32,000 nucleotides of DNA from Synechococcus sp. A15-28 (GTDB taxonomy: Bacteria > Cyanobacteriota > Cyanobacteriia > PCC-6307 > Cyanobiaceae): assembly GCF_014280175.1 (NCBI RefSeq), contig NZ_CP047931.1, positions 1,410,001 to 1,442,000 of the forward strand, read 5' to 3'. Below are positions 9,602 through 17,702 of the stretch, piece after piece. The stretch's first letter is position 1. Every line of letters starts with the position of its first letter. Below the pieces are notes generated by a model. It made no database searches, was not told the origin of the DNA, and worked only from the letters and a program-made list of their open reading frames with translations. The translations under genes and the position numbers were made by a program.

Positions 9602-9624
9602 CTCAACAGGGGTCGGTTGTTGAG
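9602..9624. repeat. short perfect hairpin between the capsid gene and the next small ORF
   Basis: CTCAACA (9602-9608) / TGTTGAG (9618-9624), 9-nt loop; no T tract. Confidence 0.4.
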
Positions 9625-9659
9625 GAGCCGGCCCCGCCCTATTCACTCAGAAGCGACAG

Positions 9660-9866
9660 ATGAACCGCGACTACATCAACTGGCTCACGTCACTGCCTAA
9701 TAACCGTGGCGTCAGGGATAGGCAGATCAACGTCTGGATGTCGGGCTATGCGCCTCTACCCGATGAGATTGACCTGCAGCACTGCGAGGAGATGCAGCAG
9801 CGGTGGTTGGTGCGGGAGTGCCCTGACGGTGTGCTGGGAAGGCTTTGGCGGTGGTTGCACGATTGA
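9660..9866 (+). CDS. small hypothetical protein downstream of the capsid gene
   Basis: 68-aa ORF MNRDYINWLTSLPNNRGVRDRQINVWMSGYAPLPDEIDLQHCEEMQQRWLVRECPDGVLGRLWRWLHD. Confidence 0.5.
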   Translation: MNRDYINWLTSLPNNRGVRDRQINVWMSGYAPLPDEIDLQHCEEMQQRWLVRECPDGVLGRLWRWLHD

Positions 9867-9873
9867 GATGAGA

Positions 9874-10806
9874 TCAAAGCCCACCATTTCCTTCTTCAAA
9901 GAGCAGGAATAGCTCGCCTTCGTAACCCAATTCGCGCATCATATACGCCCAATCAGCTTCATCCGCTGGATCGTAATCATCGCTTTTGCTGATGTTCTCA
10001 GCGGCCCACATGGGCCTGAGATTTCTCCAGTTGAAGCAGACAATCTGCTGTTCTTCATCAGTGAGGTCAAAGCTTGCGCAGGGTCTGATGTGATCTACAT
10101 GCCAGCCTTCCTTGCCATAGTTATCCCAGCTCATCCCTTCTTCCCAATTAGCTGCAAGGTAAGCCTTGAAGTCAGCTATCTCTGCATCAATAAGTTCTGC
10201 TGTCTTCGCGGCCTTTACCATTCCCTGCTTCTTAAGCGCGTCACTTATTCGGGTGTTGAGGCGTGAGTGGAGCTTGAACTGAGGATCGTGCTTCAGTTTC
10301 CAAGTGCTTATCGGCATTCCTTTCTCAGCTTCAAATTTATCCTTCCATTGCTTTCTCGCTTTGTTGCGAGATACATGCCCTGCTTCGCTTTGGCTGTAAC
10401 GCCGATCAGCCTCAGCTTTTTTGCCACTGGCCACAAACTTAGCCTTCGCTCGCTTGGATGCCTCCCTGTACCAATCAGAGTCTTTGATTCTTTCATAGTG
10501 AGCCTTTCTTTTTTCCTTGGCACCTTCATCATTTTTGTGCCGCTGATATGACTCCCTTGCGACGCGAGCTTTATTGGATTTCCAGTTGGGATCGGTTTCA
10601 CGACGTTTCGCCTCGTATTCGCGGAAATAACCTTAAGCCGCTTTTTTTCTAGTGGCTATTCGCTTGCACTACATGCACTGTCCACCACTCGTCACACGTG
10701 GGGCAACATGCCCTTGTTTGCAGGTCGTGCCAGTGAAGTACTGCTTGAGCCCTTTTTCTTGGGCTTGCTTTCGGGAAAGAAATGGGCCGTAAATAAGGTC
10801 TTGCAT
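9874..10806 (-). pseudogene. HNH endonuclease reading frame interrupted by two in-frame stops (TAG 10671-10669, TAA 10635-10633)
   Basis: Intact C-terminal ORF 9874..10434 has WHVDHIRPCASFDLTDEEQQIVCFNWRNLRPMWAAENISKSD (HNH). The same frame extends upstream to ATG 10806: MQDLIYGPFLSRKQAQEKGLKQYFTGTTCKQGHVAPRVTSGGQCM*CKRIATRKKAA*GYFREYEAKRRETDPNWKSNKARVARESYQRHKNDEGAKEKRKAHYERIKDSDWYREASKRAKAKFVASGKK... The N-terminus has the CxxGH/CxxC layout of phage-type HNH proteins. Confidence 0.75.
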
Positions 10807-12674
10807 TATTTAGATCTCCTGCGCTTAGCCGGCCTGCCTCTGCGCCGTTGTTCAATTTTGTATTGAAGACCAGTTTCCTTGCCATCAGGATCAACAATAT
10901 TCATCAGTGCTCCTTTGGTCATTACTTCAGTAAGTGGTGGAGCATCTGGAAAGTTTCGGCGCCATGACTCTTCTGGGCCAATGGTTGCAATTTCATTGCT
11001 GAAGTCGTACTCCTGATCATGCCCGCCTACCTGCTGCTTAACCTCCTCCACGTTGATAAAGGTGGTAAGTGTCCCTTCCTTGCTAACCCATCCTTCTCCG
11101 AATTGAACATCCTTATGTCGGGTGTCAATTTCAAAAACCAAGCCTTCGCGTGTCAGCCAAGAGTTGAATTCATCACGTGCGTTCAGGTCGGTTCTGTCTG
11201 ACTCCATGAAGGCTGATAGGCGCTGCTTGACTTCACGCTCGGCCTCACGACTACTTGGCCGTCTCTCAAGCTTGGCTAGATGCGCCTCGGCCTCGTTCAA
11301 CGCTTGCTTGGCCACCACAAGGTCAGCCTCTGCCTCCCGTAGAGCCTCATCCCAAAGCAACAGCGCACTGTTCGGTGTCTCCGGCACAGCGTTCTTGATC
11401 TGATTCCGCTTGCTGCTGACCAGGTCCTCCAGTGGGCCAACAGCACCAGATGCCTTCAGGACCTTCTGACGCGCTTCAGCGGTTTCTGCATCGTGTTTGT
11501 CGTCTCCGAAGAAGTCACTCCACCTAAAAGTTCTGACATGCTCCAGCAGGGCCAGCTCGTCGTAGGGAATGTTCGGCGCAGTGCAGTCGGAGCGGCCAAG
11601 GACACGGCCATTGCAATTGAGTGAGAAGCCGTTGCGTGAACGCCTGACGCCAAGCCTGTGGCCGCATTCAGCACAGAAGGTCCTCTTCTCAAACAAATTG
11701 ATCCGCTTCCTGCCATTAGGGAGCCCGCGCACTCCACGTCGGCCTGCGATGCCGTCCCTGGCGGCCTGCCACTCAGTTGGCGTGATGATCGCCGGGTAGA
11801 CGCCCTTGGTGATGTCTTCCTTTTCGTTGCCCGACTTGTTCTGACGGTGGCCAAGCACCGCAACGTTCTCCAGCAACAGGTGGATTTCGGCTTCTGTGAT
11901 GACAGCGCCTGATCTGGCGAGCGTGATGCCATCTGCCTGAAGCTCGCGAGCAATGCGGCGGGCTCCAAGGTCCTTCGCCAGTCGGAACGCTTTCTGCACC
12001 CACTGGACTTCGTCTTCCAACAGCACCCAATTCCCGTCTTGATCAACGTCCAGCCATCTCGGGTAGCCAGGGTTCGTGTTGGTTTCACTCCTTGGGTTGA
12101 AGCGGAAGCCGCCGAACACTGCTGTTTTGCCATCGGCATGGGCTTCTATCTGCTGGCGGCGGTACTGAACAGCGCCCTGGCTGCGGGCCTGCTTCTCCTT
12201 CCATTCGCGGTGAGCTGAATCAGCAGCACCAGCAATCCTGTAAACGGTGCCACCTCCATCGCTGAGGCTTCTCAAAATCTCGTGGCCCCAGTCGCAAAAG
12301 CTGACGCCAACCCCGGCTCTGAAGATGTCGGTCAGCAGGTTGAAGCAGTCCTGCATGTCTCCTCGGCTTAGGCGCGAGAAGGTCTCCACGATGAGGATGG
12401 TGCCGTGCTGCACCCGGTGAGACCTGGCGTCCTCAAGGAACTGACCAAGGAGGCCCTTCTCAAGGTTCTTGCGGTTGCCGGAGATGGTTTCACGCACAAC
12501 CTCCTGCACGTCGTATTCGGGATGAGCTTTTTTCCACTCGGCTAGGGCTGCGTCCTGTCTGCTGAATCCGCTTTTCCCGTCTAGTGACTGCTCGCCCGTG
12601 CTGACACGCTGGTAGCAGATGGCCACTTTCGCGACCGGTGAGTTTTGCAGCTTGTCAGGCTTGGTGCGTGGCAC
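10806..12674 (-). CDS. large serine recombinase/integrase
   Basis: VAICYQRVSTGEQSLDGKSGFSRQ resolvase active-site region, ILIVETFSRLSRGD, recombinase domain (GARRIARELQADGI), zinc ribbon CAECGHRLGVRRSRNGFSLNCNGRVLGRSDC, coiled coil, basic C-terminus. Its TAA overlaps the ATG of the HNH frame (TAATG). Confidence 0.92.
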   Translation of the reverse strand: MPRTKPDKLQNSPVAKVAICYQRVSTGEQSLDGKSGFSRQDAALAEWKKAHPEYDVQEVVRETISGNRKNLEKGLLGQFLEDARSHRVQHGTILIVETFSRLSRGDMQDCFNLLTDIFRAGVGVSFCDWGHEILRSLSDGGGTVYRIAGAADSAHREWKEKQARSQGAVQYRRQQIEAHADGKTAVFGGFRFNPRSETNTNPGYPRWLDVDQDGNWVLLEDEVQWVQKAFRLAKDLGARRIARELQADGITLARSGAVITEAEIHLLLENVAVLGHRQNKSGNEKEDITKGVYPAIITPTEWQAARDGIAGRRGVRGLPNGRKRINLFEKRTFCAECGHRLGVRRSRNGFSLNCNGRVLGRSDCTAPNIPYDELALLEHVRTFRWSDFFGDDKHDAETAEARQKVLKASGAVGPLEDLVSSKRNQIKNAVPETPNSALLLWDEALREAEADLVVAKQALNEAEAHLAKLERRPSSREAEREVKQRLSAFMESDRTDLNARDEFNSWLTREGLVFEIDTRHKDVQFGEGWVSKEGTLTTFINVEEVKQQVGGHDQEYDFSNEIATIGPEESWRRNFPDAPPLTEVMTKGALMNIVDPDGKETGLQYKIEQRRRGRPAKRRRSK

Positions 12675-12738
12675 GCGGAATCGCCAGAACCCTTATGAAC
12701 ACAAGGATATGAGCCGTGTCAAGTCAGCTGTATTGACC

Positions 12739-13122
12739 ATGGTCAGCGATGCGCAGCAGCGTCATCCTGATGCCAGGCCGCAACCGCGACGGATGGAATC
12801 CGCCAACCCTCTGCAACAACTTCTTGTGCGCGGCCTCGGCACGACGACATTGGTCGCTGATCGTCTACGCGGGGTGACCCAAGAGTGGGTCAGTCGCGGC
12901 CGTCTGGACCCCAACCAGGCCTCCGCCCTTGTGGACGACGTGATGAAGGCACTCCGGGGAGAGACCCCGGAACTGGAAGAAAAGGTGGGGAGGGATATCG
13001 AACGCAACCGCGACAACCTTCTTCAGGACATTGGCGTTGCCAGTCAGAAAGAAGTTGATGAACTGCGCGGCCGCATCGACCGGATTGAGCAGCAGCTGCG
13101 CCAGCTCAATCAAGGTGACTGA
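12739..13122 (+). CDS. conserved hypothetical protein (phasin-like helical)
   Basis: ORF 12619..13122; likely start ATG 12739 ([45 protein letters not shown]...[18 protein letters not shown]). ATG 12709 is an alternative. Confidence 0.75.
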   Translation: MVSDAQQRHPDARPQPRRMESANPLQQLLVRGLGTTTLVADRLRGVTQEWVSRGRLDPNQASALVDDVMKALRGETPELEEKVGRDIERNRDNLLQDIGVASQKEVDELRGRIDRIEQQLRQLNQGD

Positions 13123-13168
13123 GCCGACGGTCTTGGGGTCAGAATTGACGCAATCCGATGCGGCAGTC

Positions 13169-13777
13169 ATGCGCGACATCCTGATCAGCTCCACCGTTTG
13201 CGTGCTCTGCCTGCTGTTGGCCCTGGTCAGCCAGCTGGTGGCCCCCTCCACCGTCGCCGCCGCAGCCGGCAACCCCGCCGCCACCGCCGCTGTTGTAAGC
13301 CAACCCACCACCGAGGCGGCAGCGCGGCCCAGCTTCGAGCTGGACCCGGATGATCCGAACCCGACTTTGTTTGCCATGGCTCCTGACACCAACCAATCCG
13401 ATGCCTCAGCCCTCGGCGGTCCCCTCGATGCCCCTGACACCCAGATCACTGCCAGCGGCTTGAAGATCACCGAATTGAAGGTTGGGGAAGGTGCGGAAGC
13501 CGCTTCCGGCCAAACCGTTCAGGTGCATTACCGGGGAACGCTTGAAAACGGCAAGCAGTTCGACGCCAGTTACGACAGGGGAACCCCCTTCACGTTCCCG
13601 CTTGGTGCCGGACGTGTGATCAAAGGCTGGGATGAAGGGGTGGTCGGCATGAAGGTCGGCGGCAAACGCAAGCTTGTGATCCCACCGGACCTTGCCTACG
13701 GCAGCCGCGGTGCCGGTGGCGTCATCCCCCCCAACGCCACCCTGGTGTTCGAGGTGGAACTGCTCGACGTGAAGTGA
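13169..13777 (+). CDS. FKBP-type peptidyl-prolyl cis-trans isomerase with N-terminal membrane/signal segment
   Basis: [23 protein letters not shown] signal; [65 protein letters not shown]. Confidence 0.93.
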   Translation: MRDILISSTVCVLCLLLALVSQLVAPSTVAAAAGNPAATAAVVSQPTTEAAARPSFELDPDDPNPTLFAMAPDTNQSDASALGGPLDAPDTQITASGLKITELKVGEGAEAASGQTVQVHYRGTLENGKQFDASYDRGTPFTFPLGAGRVIKGWDEGVVGMKVGGKRKLVIPPDLAYGSRGAGGVIPPNATLVFEVELLDVK

Positions 13778-13821
13778 TGGGCCGCAGTTAGGCTCTTTTC
13801 AAGCAATTTCGTCCCCATCCG

Positions 13822-14295
13822 ATGCTGCGCTCGGCCCTCACCGCCCTCGTCCGCGCTCTTCCCGCCCCTGCAGCGGAAGCCCACTGCGACGGCCCCTGCG
13901 GCGTTTACGACCCCGCCTCCGCCCGCGTCGCTGCTGAAGCGGTGCTCTCCATGACCAAAAAGATCAAGGCCATGGAAGCCCCCGCTGCAGGTGATGCCGC
14001 GGCCCTGGCTGCTTACAACAACACTTTTGGCCGCTACGTGGCCATCAAGGAAGAGGAAGCGCAGAAAACCAAGAAGGAACTTCTGATCCTCTGGACCGAC
14101 TACTTCAAGCCTGAGCACCTGGCCACCTTCCCTGACCTGCACGACACGTTCTGGAAGGCCGCCAAGCTCTGCAGCGCCTGCAAGGTCAACATCGATCAGG
14201 CCAAAGCTGAAGAACTGATGGCGGCTGTTGAGAAGGTCCACGGCATGTTCTGGCAATCCAAGGGCCGCAACGACGCCTGGGTCACCGCTTCCTGA
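13822..14295 (+). CDS. sodN: nickel-containing superoxide dismutase
   Basis: 157 aa; nickel-hook HCDGPCGVYDP after a cleavable propeptide (PAPAAEA|HCDGPCG). Confidence 0.97.
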   Translation: MLRSALTALVRALPAPAAEAHCDGPCGVYDPASARVAAEAVLSMTKKIKAMEAPAAGDAAALAAYNNTFGRYVAIKEEEAQKTKKELLILWTDYFKPEHLATFPDLHDTFWKAAKLCSACKVNIDQAKAEELMAAVEKVHGMFWQSKGRNDAWVTAS

Positions 14296-14306
14296 ATCTG
14301 AACAGT

Positions 14307-14684
14307 TTGTTCCCTCCTTTGGCAGCAGCAGGTCTCAAGGATCTGCTGTTGTTTTTTTGTGGCCGCCGGCGGCTGCTGAAGATTCAGGGTGATTCCATGC
14401 TTCCCCACCTGGAATCCGAGGATCGGATCCTGATCAACCCACGCATCACACCTCGTACTGGTGATGTCGTTGTGGCGTGGCATCCGAGCAAACCCGACTT
14501 ACGCCTGATCAAAAGGCTTCGTGGGATGGAGTCCAACGGCATGATCCTCTTGGGGGACAACCCCTCAGCCAGCACCGACAGCCGCCAGCTGGGGCCGATC
14601 CCCACCGCGCTGATGATCGGTGTAGCCGTGTCGCGTCTCAAAAGATCGCCGACGACGTCTTCTGCAACCAGATCGCACCAGTGA
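14307..14684 (+). CDS. sodX: nickel-type superoxide dismutase maturation protease (signal peptidase-like)
   Basis: S26-like IQGDSMLPHLESEDRILINPR, VVVAWHP, LRLIKRLRG, LLGDNPSASTDSRQLGPIP; directly after sodN. Start codon uncertain (TTG 14307 or 14319). Confidence 0.85.
   Translation: MFPPLAAAGLKDLLLFFCGRRRLLKIQGDSMLPHLESEDRILINPRITPRTGDVVVAWHPSKPDLRLIKRLRGMESNGMILLGDNPSASTDSRQLGPIPTALMIGVAVSRLKRSPTTSSATRSHQ
14324..14358 (+). terminator. intrinsic-terminator-like hairpin plus T7 tract inside 5' sodX (candidate attenuator)
   Basis: AGCAGCAG (14324-14331), loop GTCTCAAGGAT, CTGCTGTT (14343-14350), then G and TTTTTTT (14352-14358). Confidence 0.5.
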
Positions 14685-15321
14685 CGATCGACAGGCCCCC
14701 CGTCGCTCCCACCAGCAGGGGCAGCAACCGCGCCCCGCTGCGCAGCGTCAGAAACGACACCACAGCGACCACAGCAACCATTGCTGCAATGGAGCCGCAG
14801 AGGTAAGCCACCAGGTAGCCAAACGCAGCGACGGGAGGCAAGGCCAGGGCGGGAATCACCGCCAGCAGATGGCTGGCACCGGCCAGGCCATGCAGCAGAC
14901 CCAGTCCCGAGGCGGCGTGGGCATGGCGCCGGTGGTTGCTTTGACCACGCACATGCAGATGCAGGTGCTGATGCTGGTGATCACCCTCGTGATGGTGTTC
15001 ATGGCAGTGCAGCTCCAGCCCGAAAGCCGTTCTCACCGCCAGGGCACCCACCACCAAGAGAGCAACGCCCACGAAAAATTCCGCCCAGGAGGACATCGTC
15101 TCCACGTGGACCAGATCCTTGAGCCCGATCGAGATCAAGGCCAGGAGCACCACTCCTGCCGAATGCCCTGCCCCCCAGGCCAGACCTGCCCTCAGCGCCG
15201 GCAAGGGTTTGCGCAACGAGAAGGGGGCCATCGCCACCAGATGATCAGCGCCGCCAACGACGTGAACAGCACCCGCTGCAAAACCGGTCAGGACGCTGAT
15301 CAACAAAGCACTACCTTCCAA
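14638..15321 (-). CDS. HupE/NicO-like nickel transporter with His-rich loop, adjacent to sodN/sodX
   Basis: Multi-TM; HVVGGADHLVAMAPF, GLAWGAGHSAGV, His-rich CHEHHHEGDHQHQHLHLHVRG, GLLHGLAGASHLLAVIPAL. Confidence 0.85.
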   Translation of the reverse strand: MEGSALLISVLTGFAAGAVHVVGGADHLVAMAPFSLRKPLPALRAGLAWGAGHSAGVVLLALISIGLKDLVHVETMSSWAEFFVGVALLVVGALAVRTAFGLELHCHEHHHEGDHQHQHLHLHVRGQSNHRRHAHAASGLGLLHGLAGASHLLAVIPALALPPVAAFGYLVAYLCGSIAAMVAVVAVVSFLTLRSGARLLPLLVGATGGLSIVTGAIWLQKTSSAIF

Positions 15322-15347
15322 AAAGTCATTCTGCAGGAGCGGTTGGG

Positions 15348-16232
15348 CTAACCCGTGATCAGTCGGGTCAAAGCCTGCTGAACGTCCTGCTGTCGCATCA
15401 GCGCTTCGCCGACCAGCACGGCATCGGCACCGGCGGTCTGCACACGGTCCAGGTCTGACCGCTCAAACAGACCCGATTCACTCACCAGCAATGCGCCCTG
15501 ATCGCGCAGTCGCTCGCCGAAACGCTGCATGAGCTGCTCTGTTGTGGCCAGATCCGTCTCAAAACTGGCGAGATCACGGTTGTTGATCCCGATCAAGGGA
15601 AAGCCCCCAAGGTTGAGCACCCGCTCCATCTCGGCGGCATCGTGCACTTCGACGAGCACATCCAGTCCCAGAGCAGCAGCGGCCTTCTGCAGATACTGCA
15701 GATCCTGATCCGTCAGGATCGCTGCGATCAGCAACACGGCATCGGCACCGGCCGCACGGGCCTGGAACAACTGATACGGGCTGAGGACGAACTCCTTGCA
15801 CAGCAAGGGCAGCTCCACCGCCTGGCGCACCTCGACCAGAACGTCGAATCCCCCCTGAAAAAAGGTCTTGTCCGTGAGAACGGAGAGGCAGCGTGCCCCG
15901 CCTGCCGCGTAGGCCTTGGCGATGGCCACAGGGTCAAAGTCGTCGCGGATCACCCCTTTGCTGGGGCTGGCCTTCTTCACTTCAGCGATCACTGCAGGCT
16001 GAACCGGGGCCTCGCGCAGAGCCGCCAGAAAATCCCGCGTGGGCGGCAGATCCTCGATCTGACATTTGAGGGTCTGCAACGGCACCCGCTCGCGGGCCGC
16101 ATCCACCTCACGGTCCTTGGCCCAGACGATCTTTTCAAGGATGTTTCTGGGTTCCTCCTCATCGTGGGGAACGGCGTACTCCAGGTGCGCCACGCGCACC
16201 TTGGGGTTGGGGGGACGACGTCGGATCTCCAT
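15348..16232 (-). CDS. trpC: indole-3-glycerol phosphate synthase
   Basis: [72 protein letters not shown]. Confidence 0.95.
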   Translation of the reverse strand: MEIRRRPPNPKVRVAHLEYAVPHDEEEPRNILEKIVWAKDREVDAARERVPLQTLKCQIEDLPPTRDFLAALREAPVQPAVIAEVKKASPSKGVIRDDFDPVAIAKAYAAGGARCLSVLTDKTFFQGGFDVLVEVRQAVELPLLCKEFVLSPYQLFQARAAGADAVLLIAAILTDQDLQYLQKAAAALGLDVLVEVHDAAEMERVLNLGGFPLIGINNRDLASFETDLATTEQLMQRFGERLRDQGALLVSESGLFERSDLDRVQTAGADAVLVGEALMRQQDVQQALTRLITG

Positions 16233-16259
16233 GGCAATCGGGATGAAAGGGGGAGGGCT

Positions 16260-17702
16260 TCAGGCGCTGAGCTGGGTGGCAGCCTGCTTGTAGGCCACTT
16301 CCACGACTTCACTGAGCGTTGGGTGCGTGTGCACCTCAGTGGACAGCTGACGGACGCTCTGACGACGGGCCACCGCATTGGCCACTTCCTGAATCAGATC
16401 AGCGGCGTGAAGTCCGTAGATGTGGGCGCCCAACACTTCTCCACTGGTTTTGTTGAACAGCAGCTTCATCAGACCATCGCTCTCCAGCTCGGCCAGTGCC
16501 TTGGAATTGGCCTTGAAATAGCTGCGAACCGCACCCAGATCGAAGCCCTCCTCGGCGGCGAGCTTTCTGGCATCGGCTTCGCTCAGACCAACGGAACTGA
16601 TTTCAGGATGGGTGAAGGTGGCTGCCGGGATGCTGCGGTAATCGATCTCGCGGCTGTGGCCAAGGATGTTGTCCACGGCAACCGTGCCCTGAGCCGCCGC
16701 CGTGTGGGCCAGCATCAACTTGCCCGTGAGGTCACCGACAGCCCAGAGATGAGGCACGGGCTGATCGTTGACCAGCACACGCATCTGGTCGTCGATGGGG
16801 ACAAAACCTCGGTTGGTTTCCACGTTCAACGTCTCGAGATTGAGCCCCTTGCTGCTGGGAACCCTGCCCGTGGCCACCAGCACGGCATCCACCTCAAGGG
16901 TCTCCACCAGCTCCCGGCTGCTGAAATCAGCCAGTTCGATCTGCACCGGACAACCTGGGGTGACCTTGCGGGCCAGGAGACCGGAGCGCGCATCGATGTC
17001 GCGGCTGTCGATGAGATGGCGACCGGCGATCTTGGCGATGTCTGGATCGAAGGTGGGCATCACCTTGTCCATCGCTTCGATCATGGTCACTTCACACCCC
17101 AGTGCGGTGTACACATCGGCGAATTCAAGGCCGATGTAACCGCTGCCGATGATGGCAATCCAACGGGGCAGCCACTCGAGGTTGATGGCTTCATCGCTGG
17201 TGAAGACCGTCCGTCCATCGGTCTCAATGCCCGGCGGGACAAACGGATCGGAACCTGTGGCCAGGATGACGTCCTTGGCGGTGATGACCCGATCGACGCC
17301 ACTGGGCTCACGCAGCCCGACCCGCTGAGATCCCTCCAGACGCCCATGGCCACGAAGGATGGTCACCCCCGCTCTTTCAAGGGTCTTTGTGAGGTTGGTG
17401 CGGATCGCCTGCACCAGGTTGTTGGCGTGGTCAGCGATCTTCTGGCGCTCGAAGCGAACAGGAGCCGCATGGATCCCGAAACTGGCGAGGTGCTGATCAT
17501 CCGCCAGTTCCCGCACCTTGCCGCTGGCGGCGAGGAGCGCCTTGGACGGCACACAGCCGCGGTTGACGCAGGTGCCCCCCATGTCCCGCGATTCGACGAT
17601 GGCGGTTTTGAGGCCGTGCTCTGCGGCATGTTTGGCGGCATCGAATCCGCCGTAGCCGGCACCGATGACGATGACGTCGAAGTCGAAGCTGGCGTCGCTC
17701 AC
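16260..17702 (-). CDS. lpd: dihydrolipoyl dehydrogenase
   Basis: FDVIVIGAGYGGFDAAKHAAEHG, GGTCVNRGCVPSKALLAAS, NVETNRGFVPIDDQ, AVGDLTGKLMLAHTAAAQG, HTHPTLSEVVEVAYK. Likely GTG start 17702 (VSDASFDFD...). Confidence 0.95.
   Translation of the reverse strand: MSDASFDFDVIVIGAGYGGFDAAKHAAEHGLKTAIVESRDMGGTCVNRGCVPSKALLAASGKVRELADDQHLASFGIHAAPVRFERQKIADHANNLVQAIRTNLTKTLERAGVTILRGHGRLEGSQRVGLREPSGVDRVITAKDVILATGSDPFVPPGIETDGRTVFTSDEAINLEWLPRWIAIIGSGYIGLEFADVYTALGCEVTMIEAMDKVMPTFDPDIAKIAGRHLIDSRDIDARSGLLARKVTPGCPVQIELADFSSRELVETLEVDAVLVATGRVPSSKGLNLETLNVETNRGFVPIDDQMRVLVNDQPVPHLWAVGDLTGKLMLAHTAAAQGTVAVDNILGHSREIDYRSIPAATFTHPEISSVGLSEADARKLAAEEGFDLGAVRSYFKANSKALAELESDGLMKLLFNKTSGEVLGAHIYGLHAADLIQEVANAVARRQSVRQLSTEVHTHPTLSEVVEVAYKQAATQLSA

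Larger units (their letters stand above)
5205..12700. mobile_element. candidate integrative element / phage-satellite-like island (boundaries approximate)
   Basis: Between host genes it contains a primase-helicase, an HTH/excisionase-like gene, an HK97-type capsid gene, an HNH frame and a large serine recombinase at the right edge. It interrupts an otherwise housekeeping region. No att repeat could be assigned. Confidence 0.8.

Noticed and set aside
10308-10601. 97-aa minus-strand ORF (MKPIPTGNPIK...) overlapping the HNH region
   Set aside because: The competing frame through the same bases joins directly to the HNH domain and has the charged repeat pattern typical of these proteins.
10642-10648. 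7-nt homopolymer (A7 on the minus strand) as a programmed frameshift site in the HNH gene
   Set aside because: The HNH frame is the same before and after the run; the problem is two nonsense codons, so a frameshift at this tract does not restore the gene.
10649-10897. 82-aa minus-strand ORF (MLILMARK...VVQANSH) as a separate gene
   Set aside because: It overlaps the recombinase 3' end and the reconstructed HNH N-terminus. The alternative frame starting at ATG 10806 gives a recognisable CxxGH/CxxC HNH N-terminus.
11456-12139. 227-aa minus-strand ORF inside the serine recombinase
   Set aside because: Out-of-frame reading of the same strand as the recognised recombinase, with no family-like pattern.
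5291-12699. Shared 8-mer CTTATGAA at 5291-5298 and 12692-12699 as an att direct repeat
   Set aside because: Roughly one such match is expected by chance between the two edge regions, and the left copy overlaps the start codon of the 56-aa ORF. Serine integrases leave cores too short to call by eye.
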